Virus record (IMG/VR): IMGVR_UViG_3300045974_001005
Span: 1 to 57,366 of that record
Strand: one strand, 5' to 3'
DNA: 57,366 bases
Source of the DNA: a virus
Lineage: Duplodnaviria > Caudoviricetes
This document shows positions 36,935-46,048 of this stretch, piece by piece. The position numbers and the translations under genes were made by a program. The first letter of the stretch is position 1, and each line of letters starts with the position of its first letter. The notes beneath the pieces were generated by a model, which did not search any database, was not told the origin of the DNA, and saw only the letters and a program-made list of their open reading frames with translations.

Positions 36935-38106
36935 GGAATTCGCCTCATGGTTCGATCGACAAAGCCGCGCCGCATCGTGCGTTCCAGATAGGCACGGCGC
37001 ATTGTGCGTTCAGGTGGATCGAATGCGGCGATATTGGACAGGGCAAAACCTTGCACCTTGGTACCGCTGGCGACCACCGCTTGCGCAAATTGGGTGCGCA
37101 TGGCGTTGCCATTGGCAGACGCCATGCCATTGCTGATCCCGCTGCCTGAACGGATGACAATGGCATTGCCGCTGACGGTCGTACTCACTGCCAATGTTGC
37201 GCTGGCACTGGCCCAGGCTTGTGCCGCCCCGGTCACACTGGTTTGACTGGTCGTGGTAGCACTGGCAAAACGGCTTGCCACCGCCCAAGCCGAAACGGCC
37301 ATAGAGGTGCTACTGCTGCCATTGGCCACTTGCCAGCGCACCGCATTGCCGTCCAGATTGGCCGCACCATTCACCGTTGCCGCCATCGACAAGCTGCGCG
37401 TTGCATTGCCCGCTGCCGATACCATGGCGCTGCTGGCACCCGTCCCAAACCGGATAATCACCGGATTGGCGCTGATACTGACGCTGCTGTTCACCATGGC
37501 ATCAGCGCGTTGAAGCACTTGCGCATTGCCAAGCAACGATGATGGCGCGCTGACTGTGCCGTTGCCGGATTGCCGGATTTGGGCGCTGCCATTGATACCC
37601 ACCGTCACCACCGTCATACCGCTCGGGATATTGGTTTGCGCGCTGCCTGTGACAATGCTGGTCACCATCACGCTGGCACTGGCTGACTGGCGCACGGTGG
37701 CGTTGCCATCGGGATTGCTGATGGCGGGCGCGCTGCCACTTGCCGAGACCACGCGGCTGGCGCTGCCCTGCACGCTGGCCACGCCGGACACGCTGCCTGA
37801 TGCTATCTTGACGAGGGTGGCAACGCCATTGAAGCCAGTAGACGCGCTGCTTTGGCCGCTGGCGCTTTGATTGATGACGCCCGATAGCGCGGCGCTGGCC
37901 GAACCATTGACGCTGCCGCCCGCGCTACGTAGGCAAACTCCATTGCCGCTGACCGTGGTTTGGCCCTGCACGCTGCCTGTTGCGCCCACCAGGATCACGG
38001 CAGAACCGGCGAGATTGGCGGCAACCGTGATCGTTCCCGCTGCTTCGGCAACGGGAACGCCGGTATTGCCGTTCAGGGTGTCGGCGTTGAGGGCAAACAG
38101 GTTCAC
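36931..38106 (-). CDS. Ala/Ser/Gly-rich repetitive structural protein (beta-solenoid or fibre-like)
   Basis: Degenerate repeats of roughly 19 aa; C-terminal triple (E/D)RTMRR. Confidence 0.75.
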   Translation of the reverse strand: MNLFALNADTLNGNTGVPVAEAAGTITVAANLAGSAVILVGATGSVQGQTTVSGNGVCLRSAGGSVNGSASAALSGVINQSASGQSSASTGFNGVATLVKIASGSVSGVASVQGSASRVVSASGSAPAISNPDGNATVRQSASASVMVTSIVTGSAQTNIPSGMTVVTVGINGSAQIRQSGNGTVSAPSSLLGNAQVLQRADAMVNSSVSISANPVIIRFGTGASSAMVSAAGNATRSLSMAATVNGAANLDGNAVRWQVANGSSSTSMAVSAWAVASRFASATTTSQTSVTGAAQAWASASATLAVSTTVSGNAIVIRSGSGISNGMASANGNAMRTQFAQAVVASGTKVQGFALSNIAAFDPPERTMRRAYLERTMRRGFVDRTMRRIP

Positions 38107-38116
38107 GGAACGCGCC

Positions 38117-38551
38117 TCAGTCGATCATGACCGTCAGCGAACCGACTGGCAAGGTCAGGACATCGGTTTGATTCAAGGTCTTGGCGACCGTGAGCGAAGC
38201 CCAATACAGCAAATTGCCATTGGTGGCCGCATCGTACAGGCCAAAGTGCGTGACCGTTACCGGGGTGGCCCCGGCTTGCGCCGGAAAGGTCAGAATCAAG
38301 GCGTTGCTGGTACTGCCTGCACCGTTTGCCGGTACCGTCCAACCGGTAGCGACCGCGCCACCATTCGCCGTATTTTGCCGCGCATAACCCGGCCATGCGG
38401 CGGTGGTCACTTCGGTAGAGGTGACATTGCTGTCCTGCGGGCTGGCGGTATGCAGCGACGCCCAAACGCCGGTGGGTACCGGAAACGCCACCCCGCGCAA
38501 ACTCGAATTCAATACACTGACTTCCAAAAAATCGGACATGCTGCCTGGCAT
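38117..38551 (-). CDS. Minor virion / tail fibre-associated protein
   Basis: MSDFLE...LHTASP...GYARQ...FPA...VTHFGLYDAATNGNLLYW motif. Confidence 0.8.
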   Translation of the reverse strand: MPGSMSDFLEVSVLNSSLRGVAFPVPTGVWASLHTASPQDSNVTSTEVTTAAWPGYARQNTANGGAVATGWTVPANGAGSTSNALILTFPAQAGATPVTVTHFGLYDAATNGNLLYWASLTVAKTLNQTDVLTLPVGSLTVMID

Positions 38552-38627
38552 AGATAGACTCCTGTAGGATCAACATCGAAAGAAAAGACAAAAGCGAACA
38601 GAAACGGCATATCAGGACGGGATGGCG

Positions 38628-39290
38628 TCAAGGTGGATGGCGCAGCACGTTGGGATTGCCAACCGCCATCTGGTTGGGCGAGGTACCCATTTCAGACTGC
38701 ACCTTGAGGCCCAGCGCATTGGCAAAGGCGAGGTAATACGCATTGGCGCGTGCCGGGTCGGCGGCGTATTCGGCATCCTTGCTAAAGGCCCGGTACAGGA
38801 TGTAATCCAGCAACGCTGATTGATACAGGTCATCAAGCGAAATCACACCGCCTTGCGCAGCATTGACGGGGGCGGCGCTATAGATCACTTCCACATTGCC
38901 CGTGCCGGTATTGGGCGGATACACATAGAAATGGCGCAAATCCAGTTCCGAATAACAGTAGTGCTGTACCACGGTTTGCGCCGCAGCACCATGCCAGTTG
39001 GGTAATTGCGCATCGAGGATTTCACGGGCAACGATGCGTACCACGCTGCCGGGTACGTTGCGTACCACGTCAATCAATTGCACGGCATCCGCTGGCAAGG
39101 TTTGTTTGGTGCCGCTGGCCAAGGCAAATGCGACATTCTTGACACTGGCATTGGGCTTTTTGAGGACGATGTCACGCTGGCCATCGTTGAGCCAGTCGAG
39201 TAATTCCGATAATGGCCAGCGCACATTGGTGATGTCTTGCAGCAAGACGCCAGCGCGGGCAAGGATACTGTCAACCGTGATCGTGGGCAT
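38628..39290 (-). CDS. Head-tail adaptor protein (DUF6682-like)
   Basis: SD AAGGA; LLQD...RWP..ELLDWLNDGQR, GTKQTLP, FYVYPP, YRAFSKDAE. Confidence 0.8.
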   Translation of the reverse strand: MPTITVDSILARAGVLLQDITNVRWPLSELLDWLNDGQRDIVLKKPNASVKNVAFALASGTKQTLPADAVQLIDVVRNVPGSVVRIVAREILDAQLPNWHGAAAQTVVQHYCYSELDLRHFYVYPPNTGTGNVEVIYSAAPVNAAQGGVISLDDLYQSALLDYILYRAFSKDAEYAADPARANAYYLAFANALGLKVQSEMGTSPNQMAVGNPNVLRHPP

Positions 39291-39378
39291 GGGTTCCTTG
39301 AAAAGTGAATGCACCTTTGGGTGCGTTGGGGGAAAAATGGAAATGCAATGCGGTGGCATTGCCGATTGCTTGCTGCAC

Positions 39379-40008
39379 CTACCTGAAAGGCCGGGGCTGT
39401 ACCCGGCTGCTGCCTGCTGCAAACCCTTTGCTGGCACGGATTCTGGCGTTGGTGCGCTCGCGTTCATACAACAGGGTGTAATTGGCCGACAGCGCCGGAT
39501 TGCTAAAGGCGTGGCCCGGTATGCGCATCAGTTGCGCCACCGTGCCGTAGCCAATCGCCATCGGGTAATCCCTGAGCAGCACATCGGCCAGCATGGTGGT
39601 GTTGCGGCTAGGTTTGGTGGCAACCTGACAAACCAACCCTTGTGGAAAGTCGCGCCAGGGTGCGCGATTGAGCACAATCCGGTTGTCGGGGTTTTCCAGC
39701 AACAGCGACGGGGTGCCCGCTGGTGTGTCGGGCAACCATACTTGCCCGCTGGGCTCATGGCTGATGGCAAGCGGCTGGCCGTCGAACCAGGCTTGCAAAA
39801 TGAACGTTTTTTCCTGACCGGGTGGCGTATCGAGGTCGTATTCCCGTTGATTCATCACTGCATCCATCGGGTCAAGCATCGTTTGCACCACAGCGGCATG
39901 GCTACAAAAGTCGATGGCGCATTGACGAATGTGCAGTTCGGCCAAGGGGGTTGAACAGCCAGTGACATACGGCAGCACATATGGCAAAAAATCGGTCAAG
40001 GTCGCCAT
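39379..40008 (-). CDS. Head-tail adaptor / completion protein
   Basis: DFLPYVLPYVTGC...AIDFC...LMRIPG..FSNP; position after the capsid gene. Confidence 0.75.
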   Translation of the reverse strand: MATLTDFLPYVLPYVTGCSTPLAELHIRQCAIDFCSHAAVVQTMLDPMDAVMNQREYDLDTPPGQEKTFILQAWFDGQPLAISHEPSGQVWLPDTPAGTPSLLLENPDNRIVLNRAPWRDFPQGLVCQVATKPSRNTTMLADVLLRDYPMAIGYGTVAQLMRIPGHAFSNPALSANYTLLYERERTNARIRASKGFAAGSSRVQPRPFR

Positions 40009-40475
40009 CAGCTTTTCCCCTTGGCGCGGGCGCGTGCCAGCGAGCGCGCATTGTAGGCAAAACGTTTGACATCGCGGGGCACCATTTTGTCGCCGACGCG
40101 TTCGTACACGGTCATGGTCGCGTTATCGAGGATTTCAATCACTTCCTCGGGCACAATCACCGGGATTGAACGCGGAATATTGAAGCCGTGCCCGTTGATG
40201 CTCAAAAACACCGCTTGCCGCCCGATATCGCCTTCGCCCGCATGAAGTGTCAACTCCATCTTGTCGCCACTCATGTGGTTGCCGTGATCGGCGACACGCA
40301 AGGTTTCAGCACGCGGCTTGTCGGTGTCAAGTTCATCGGGTTCATCGTCAAGCGTGGTGACGCTGCTGTCTTGCCGTGGCTTGGCTTGTTTGCGGGGCGC
40401 GGCTTTGCTGCTTGCGCCGTCCTGTTGCTCGTCGTCAAGCGTGGTCACAGTGGTTTCGTTGTTGGACATAGGCAT
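40008..40475 (-). CDS. Conserved phage protein downstream of the capsid gene
   Basis: VFLSING...IPR...VPEEVIEILDNA motif; internal VTTLDDE repeat. Confidence 0.75.
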   Translation of the reverse strand: MPMSNNETTVTTLDDEQQDGASSKAAPRKQAKPRQDSSVTTLDDEPDELDTDKPRAETLRVADHGNHMSGDKMELTLHAGEGDIGRQAVFLSINGHGFNIPRSIPVIVPEEVIEILDNATMTVYERVGDKMVPRDVKRFAYNARSLARARAKGKS

Positions 40476-40508
40476 TTTTCCTGTAAAAAGTGGGAGAGAA
40501 TTCAATCC

Positions 40509-40552
40509 AAAAATGCAAAGCGGCCCGCATGGTTTGCCATGGGGCCGCTTGC
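40509..40552 (-). terminator. Terminator after the major capsid gene
   Basis: Inverted repeat AAGCGGCCC.CATGG / CCATG.GGGCCGCTT followed by a T-rich tract on the minus strand. Confidence 0.7.
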
Positions 40553-40584
40553 TTGACTGCTTGCTTAATTGCTTGAATGGCTGG

Positions 40585-41586
40585 TTACGCGGTCACGGCA
40601 AATTCACCGCGTGCCATCCAGGCATCGTTCAAAATCACCGCGCCCTGCATGGCTTTCCAGCCGATGCGCCCGCGCTGGGCCAGTGGATCGGAGTCGGATG
40701 GCTTGGGATTGACCACCATCGGCGTCAAGGCAAACATGCCCCGCAATGCCACGATGGCATAGGCGTTGGCGGCGATGTACAAGGCGGGATAGACATCGGC
40801 ATTCGTGCCCGAAGTCGAGGTCATCACGCCTTTTGCGCCACCGGCATCAAGAAACGGTGCAAAAATGGTGGACGACAAATAGCGCACGTCTTCCACCTTG
40901 CCGATTTCGTTTTCGTAGGGAACCATCGCACCATACTTTTCCACTGGCACAAAGCAGGATTTGCCATCGGCCCCGACCATGTTGCGGATGTCCGCTTCCA
41001 TGTCAGGGTGAATCAGGCCGATATAGCTTTTGGCCACCGCTTCCGTACCCCATGCCGGGGTGGATTTGATCACCTTGGTGATTTGCATGGCGTTTTGCCG
41101 CTTCAATGCCTTGGTAATGCGGCGCTGCGCGGTCAGCGTGATCGGCGTATTGACTGCCGACCGGCTGGCCCCGTTGGCATACAGGACATTGGTACCGGCA
41201 CGCAGGATGCCAAAGCGCATCCGTTCAATCATTTGCGCCGCCTGTTCACCCAGGACTTCAATCCCTTCATTCAAAACATCGTCTTCGTGGGTGTCAAGCA
41301 CGATATCGGTAATCGTGATCAGGGAACCGTATTGCGAGAGCACACAGGAGACATCGGTGGAGGTCATGGTTTGCGAACCCGGTGTCACGCCTTCCGTCAA
41401 CACGGTCGGGGTGGGGTCAAGCGCGCTATAGCGCCGGAACGTGATGGTTTTGCTATTGCTGGCCGGGAGCGGCTTGCTTTGGCCAAAGCGCTCCAGCACC
41501 AGAAACGGGATGGCGCGTTTTAACAGTTCTTTTTCTGCATAAGCAGCGGTACGTGGGGAGATATCGCCGTAGTTGGTATTGCCCAT
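40585..41586 (-). CDS. Major capsid protein, N4-gp56 family
   Basis: YGDISPRTAAY, FRRY, LTEGVTP, EIGKVEDVRY, SDPLAQRG.IGWK, ILNDAWMAR. Confidence 0.93.
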   Translation of the reverse strand: MGNTNYGDISPRTAAYAEKELLKRAIPFLVLERFGQSKPLPASNSKTITFRRYSALDPTPTVLTEGVTPGSQTMTSTDVSCVLSQYGSLITITDIVLDTHEDDVLNEGIEVLGEQAAQMIERMRFGILRAGTNVLYANGASRSAVNTPITLTAQRRITKALKRQNAMQITKVIKSTPAWGTEAVAKSYIGLIHPDMEADIRNMVGADGKSCFVPVEKYGAMVPYENEIGKVEDVRYLSSTIFAPFLDAGGAKGVMTSTSGTNADVYPALYIAANAYAIVALRGMFALTPMVVNPKPSDSDPLAQRGRIGWKAMQGAVILNDAWMARGEFAVTA

Positions 41587-41641
41587 GGTGTTTTTCCTTT
41601 GCGTTGAACGTGAAGAAAATCAAACCAGCCGCGTCACCGCA

Positions 41642-41698
41642 CCTTGTCGGTGTGGCACGGGCCGGGGGAATGTGCCGGGGAGGCACGGCATGACAAGG
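41642..41698 (-). promoter_or_regulatory. Structured leader upstream of the capsid gene
   Basis: Outer stem CCTTGTC/GACAAGG enclosing the hairpin GTGCC-N5-GGCAC. Confidence 0.4.
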
Positions 41699-41772
41699 AC
41701 TATCAGCCGGGATGCAAAACGGGAAGTTGAGAAAAAGAAAAGTGCAAAATCGGATTGAAAACAGAATTGAAT

Positions 41773-42690
41773 TTACGCAGCGTGCCAGGCGGCGGCAAAG
41801 TCATCCAGGGCGGGGGCCGGTTTGGGAAGCTGGATGCGCGACGAACGTACCCCTTCCGCCGCATCAAGGGAATCATCCATGCCGCCACCATGGCCGGATG
41901 TCGTATTCTGTGGGCGGGATTGTTTGAATTGGGTCAGCAAGGCAATGATTTCCTCGGCACTACCCGCTTCAATGACACGGGCGATGTCGGTTTGCTTTGC
42001 TGTCGGCTGTTGTGCGCGCCATGCCATGAATTCGGGCGATTGCACCACTTGCTCAAAATCGGCATGTGCGGCGGCAATCGCTTTGAAATGATGCTGCTGG
42101 CGTTCGCTGGTCAGTTGTTCAATCAACTGATCAACCTGAGCGGCAACCCCGTTGACACGCTGGCCCACCATTTGCTCGCATAGCTGTTCACACTGCTGCG
42201 TGACCAGAATCTTGACCAGGCGCACAAAATCCTCGCCGAAATCCTCGGCCAAGGATTTGGCCGGGTCACTCTCGCCCGCATTGGCCAAATCATCGCGGTT
42301 GGTGTTTGGGTCGGTGTCACCGTTCCCGGTTTGCGTTTCATTGGTGTTGGAACGCGCCATGGCCGCTTCGCGTGCGTCCAGATCACGTTGCCGTGTCTGC
42401 AATTGGGCTTCCAGATCGCTTAACCGTTGCAGTGCGTCGTGCATGGCCTTGGGGTCGGGTTCGCTGCCCGCGCCATCGTTTTCCTTGGACGCTGGCATGG
42501 TGTCGTTCTTCGCGGGCTTGGCCTTGTCGCTCATGCTGTCCGTGGTGTCGCCGGGGCCAGAGGTGGTACTCGTACCGTCGTCTGCATCGGCGCTCCCCAT
42601 GTCACCATCGGCAGGGAGGGAGTCATCACGATTGAATTCAGCGGCAAATTCATCTTCGCGGTCGGGAATGTCGGTGTCGTCTGTTTGCAT
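41773..42690 (-). CDS. Capsid scaffolding protein
   Basis: Acidic disordered N-terminus, coiled coil, IAAAHADFEQVV.SPEF..W motif; lies between portal and capsid genes. Confidence 0.75.
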   Translation of the reverse strand: MQTDDTDIPDREDEFAAEFNRDDSLPADGDMGSADADDGTSTTSGPGDTTDSMSDKAKPAKNDTMPASKENDGAGSEPDPKAMHDALQRLSDLEAQLQTRQRDLDAREAAMARSNTNETQTGNGDTDPNTNRDDLANAGESDPAKSLAEDFGEDFVRLVKILVTQQCEQLCEQMVGQRVNGVAAQVDQLIEQLTSERQQHHFKAIAAAHADFEQVVQSPEFMAWRAQQPTAKQTDIARVIEAGSAEEIIALLTQFKQSRPQNTTSGHGGGMDDSLDAAEGVRSSRIQLPKPAPALDDFAAAWHAA

Positions 42691-42778
42691 AGGCAAAGCC
42701 TTTCAGGTAGTGGAAAAGGTGATGGCAACCGCCAGCGGCGGGCCAGAAAAACGGAAAGTGGGAAATGGGTGCAGGCGA

Positions 42779-43027
42779 TTACACCAGCGGCGACAAGTGC
42801 GGATTGTCTTGGCACAGCAGGTTGCGCAGTGCCAGCACTTGCGCCAGTGCGCCTTGGACATAGCCAAGCCGTTCGGGCTTGACGGTTGCCAGATCCGCGT
42901 AATACTGTGCCGTCAGGGCATCCAGCAGGCACAGCAGTTCCCTTGTTTGGCTGCTGCCCCGGTAGGCCAGAAATTCATGGGTTGCCGCATGCAATCGTGC
43001 GCGGCGTTCGTCGTTGGGTTCTGTCAT
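42779..43027 (-). CDS. Small conserved post-portal protein
   Basis: ATGA overlap with the portal stop; 82-aa helical protein with a QG motif. Confidence 0.7.
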   Translation of the reverse strand: MTEPNDERRARLHAATHEFLAYRGSSQTRELLCLLDALTAQYYADLATVKPERLGYVQGALAQVLALRNLLCQDNPHLSPLV

Positions 43028-45348
43028 CCATCCATCTCCGCTGTTTCAATCCCGCGTCGCTCGCCCACATTGGCCCCAACTTGCCCACCGACCGGATCGC
43101 GTTGCCGGGTATCCGGGAAAACCGGGGGCGGGGTGGCACTAATTGCTGGTTCAATGGTGGTCGGGGTGGTCGCCGTGGGCAAGTTATCAGGCGGGGCCGG
43201 ATTGACGGGGGGCGTGTTGCCTGAGACACCTTTGCCGCCCGTTTTATCGATCCAGCCAGCCGATTTCAGGATGGCATCACCAGCGGGGGCGATTTCGGGG
43301 CGCTCGGTGGCCACGCCACCGGCTTGCATCCCGGCATAAGCGGCATCGACATTGGTTTTAAGGGCAATCGCACGAATACGCTCCACCTCGGCCAGCGCTT
43401 TATCGAGTTCCGCTTGCGTTTTTTGCAGATTCAACTGTGCCGCTTGTTGCTGAAGGTCTTGCATCTGCGCCTGCATTTGCTGTTGTCGCTTATTGGACTC
43501 GGTGTTTTGTTCGGCGCTGACTTCTTCTTCGGTCTTGACGATGGAAGACAGGTCGTGTGCTTCCGCTCGTTGCCGTAGCAATTCTTCCCGCTTGATATAC
43601 GGCGCATCGTCGGGTTGAATGGTGGCGGCAAATTGATCGAGTTGTTGCGCCCGGATTTCCTTGGCCATCAAGGAAGCCGTACCGCGTGCCTTGATATCAA
43701 AATCGCCCTTGCAGCCGTTATCCGGGTTGAACTGCATATTCCAGCGGTACAGCGATTCGATGAAGGTGCGGGTCACGCCTTCATCGTAGTTGGTAATCAA
43801 ATCCTTCATCACGATACTGGCGTTGGCCATCAGCATTGACATGCCGGACGCGGTACCCGCTGCGCCCTGGGTGGCGTTTTCTCCTTGCATGTAGCGCGGG
43901 ATGGCGGTGACATCATCCGAATTGCGCTTGAACATTTCAATCAGGGGCATCAATTCTTCCAGGCCATTGGGTAAGGTGATCACGCGCACGGCGGGGCTGG
44001 CCGGGTCTTCGCCGTTTCTGGCCCAAATCTTGAACGGAAACATGTCATCGGCCTTTTCGGCGCTGGAGAGTAGCCGCATGTTGACTTCAAGCTGGGGGCC
44101 AGCGGTGAGTGCCGCGTTATCCAGTACCATGCGTGTCCCGGCGTTGATCATGGTTTGATCGTCGCGCATGATGGCGGCAAAGCCATCGCCGAACAGGCTG
44201 GTTTCATCCTTGTCGCAGTAGTACAGGTGATACGGCCAAGTCACGCCATTGATCGGTTGCAAGGCCACTTTGATAACATCACCATTGGGCAGCAACCAGA
44301 CATTGGCGAAAAAGGTTTCATGCATGCGCGCCATCGGCACCTCCACCCCGCTGCTGGCCAGCAATTCCCCATCGATCCAACCCCAGCGCTCCAGCACTTC
44401 ATAGCGGCCATCGTCTTTGCTTTGGCTGCTTGATCGTTCCCCAATGGAACGGATTTCGGCATCAAAGTGCAGCGGCGTTTGTGCGCCTCTGGGGTTGGCA
44501 AGAATATAGTCCTTGATTTTTTGCCCATTGAATGAGCGTTTCTTTGCAAGTTCCGACATATCCGAACGCGTCATCAGGTGGCGCTCAAACACATAGCGGC
44601 ACTGTGACAGTTCGGTTGCCGACATATCCGGGTAAAAGCGCCAGATTGGCACGTAATCGACAAAGGGCACCACATAGGACTCGGTTTTCATGCGCCACGC
44701 CCGGTTTTCCATGACAAACTTGACACGGGTTTTGCGTTCGACCAAGGGCGCTTTCAGGATGCCGGTACCGTACAGGTGGCCCGAATGCAAGACTTTGCGT
44801 GCCGCATCCTTGTAGCGCGATTCGTTAAGCTGGTCATCGATCACCTTGGTCATTTTCTTGGCCGCATCCTTGACCAGCTTGGCTACAGCCGCTTCCATTT
44901 CGGCGGGCGTGGGCTGGCGCGCAAGCTGCTCCGTCATGGCGTTCGCAATTTCCTGCAAGGTATCAATATCAATCGATGGTACTGGCGTGGGTTCGGCTGT
45001 CCAATTCCGGTCGGAATTGCTGGGGAACAGCAAATCGGCAACGCGGGCGTCCACCGTCTTGACTTTGACACGGGTCGCACGAACAAAGGCTTTGGAGCGG
45101 TTTTTGCCGATCAAGGATTCAATCTCGGGCTCATAGATACCGCGATACTGGCGCAAATCGGTCAGCCATCGCTCTTCTGTTTCGCGTCGATCCACTACCG
45201 CACGGGTAAATTCAGCCAGCAGCGTAGTACCAAGCGCATCCAAAGCCACATACGCGCTGTTGCCATCCTCAGTCATGCCTTGAAGGGCGGCGGCGATGTA
45301 TTCCTGTTCGGCTGCTCGAATGATGTTGTGTTCTGGATCGTCATTCAT
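43024..45348 (-). CDS. Portal protein (podovirus type with C-terminal barrel)
   Basis: 774 aa; W..DLRQYRG.Y, YGTGILK, FYPDMSA, DNAAL, TASGMSML, KGDFDIKARG; Q-rich coiled-coil tail. Confidence 0.92.
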   Translation of the reverse strand: MNDDPEHNIIRAAEQEYIAAALQGMTEDGNSAYVALDALGTTLLAEFTRAVVDRRETEERWLTDLRQYRGIYEPEIESLIGKNRSKAFVRATRVKVKTVDARVADLLFPSNSDRNWTAEPTPVPSIDIDTLQEIANAMTEQLARQPTPAEMEAAVAKLVKDAAKKMTKVIDDQLNESRYKDAARKVLHSGHLYGTGILKAPLVERKTRVKFVMENRAWRMKTESYVVPFVDYVPIWRFYPDMSATELSQCRYVFERHLMTRSDMSELAKKRSFNGQKIKDYILANPRGAQTPLHFDAEIRSIGERSSSQSKDDGRYEVLERWGWIDGELLASSGVEVPMARMHETFFANVWLLPNGDVIKVALQPINGVTWPYHLYYCDKDETSLFGDGFAAIMRDDQTMINAGTRMVLDNAALTAGPQLEVNMRLLSSAEKADDMFPFKIWARNGEDPASPAVRVITLPNGLEELMPLIEMFKRNSDDVTAIPRYMQGENATQGAAGTASGMSMLMANASIVMKDLITNYDEGVTRTFIESLYRWNMQFNPDNGCKGDFDIKARGTASLMAKEIRAQQLDQFAATIQPDDAPYIKREELLRQRAEAHDLSSIVKTEEEVSAEQNTESNKRQQQMQAQMQDLQQQAAQLNLQKTQAELDKALAEVERIRAIALKTNVDAAYAGMQAGGVATERPEIAPAGDAILKSAGWIDKTGGKGVSGNTPPVNPAPPDNLPTATTPTTIEPAISATPPPVFPDTRQRDPVGGQVGANVGERRGIETAEMDG

Positions 45349-45423
45349 AATAGTGTGAGAGGTTCAAAAAATGATAGGAAGAAGATCAAGGGATAGTTCA
45401 ATAATTTCCACAAGGGAATTATT

Positions 45424-46002
45424 GTGTCGATGAATTCATTTGCGCAAAGGAAGATTGAAATGATGTTAAATAATTTAGAAATAGTGACGAAGTTTCTGGC
45501 CGTTTTAATTGCTTTAATTGCCCTTGTAGTGAATGCATATTATTCACGCCTCAGATTCCAACATGACCAGGCATCAAGAAGCATTTCTGCGTCCGAAGGA
45601 TTGCTTAATCAATGGACTTCAGAGGAAATGAGAATTGCAAAGACGTTTATTCTGGAAGAGCTAAGGCAAAAGTTTGCCCCTGAATTAGGCTTTTCCAAAC
45701 TCCCTGTCGATGCGCAAAATATGGTTGTTCCGGTAAGCCACCTTTGTGATCGCATTGCAATGCGCATGATTTTCGGCGAGGCAAATGAAGCCTTGTTGAT
45801 TACGATGCTTGGAGAGCGATTGGTCCATTTGTGGGATACTTTACAGCCATACATTGAACACGAACGGAAACATAGAGAGGGTAATTCGCCTGGGGAATAT
45901 CAAGTATTTTTTGAGGCAATGGCTCAAAAGATTAAAAAAATGAATATAAGCAAATTGCGGCATGATTACGTTAAAAAATATTTGAAGACACGTATTGCAT
46001 AG
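45424..46002 (+). CDS. DUF4760-like membrane-anchored moron protein
   Basis: AT-rich; antisense between terL and portal; N-terminal TM helix; W..LQPYI..ER...FFE motif. Confidence 0.7.
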   Translation: MSMNSFAQRKIEMMLNNLEIVTKFLAVLIALIALVVNAYYSRLRFQHDQASRSISASEGLLNQWTSEEMRIAKTFILEELRQKFAPELGFSKLPVDAQNMVVPVSHLCDRIAMRMIFGEANEALLITMLGERLVHLWDTLQPYIEHERKHREGNSPGEYQVFFEAMAQKIKKMNISKLRHDYVKKYLKTRIA

Positions 46003-46048
46003 GGGAATTTAGCCCCATTTGTTCAAATGGGGGGCTTGACAGCCAACT

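Noticed and set aside
40318-43339. Long plus-strand ORFs (40318-41523, 42152-43339) over the capsid, scaffold and portal genes
   Set aside because: Shadow frames of clearly conserved minus-strand structural genes.
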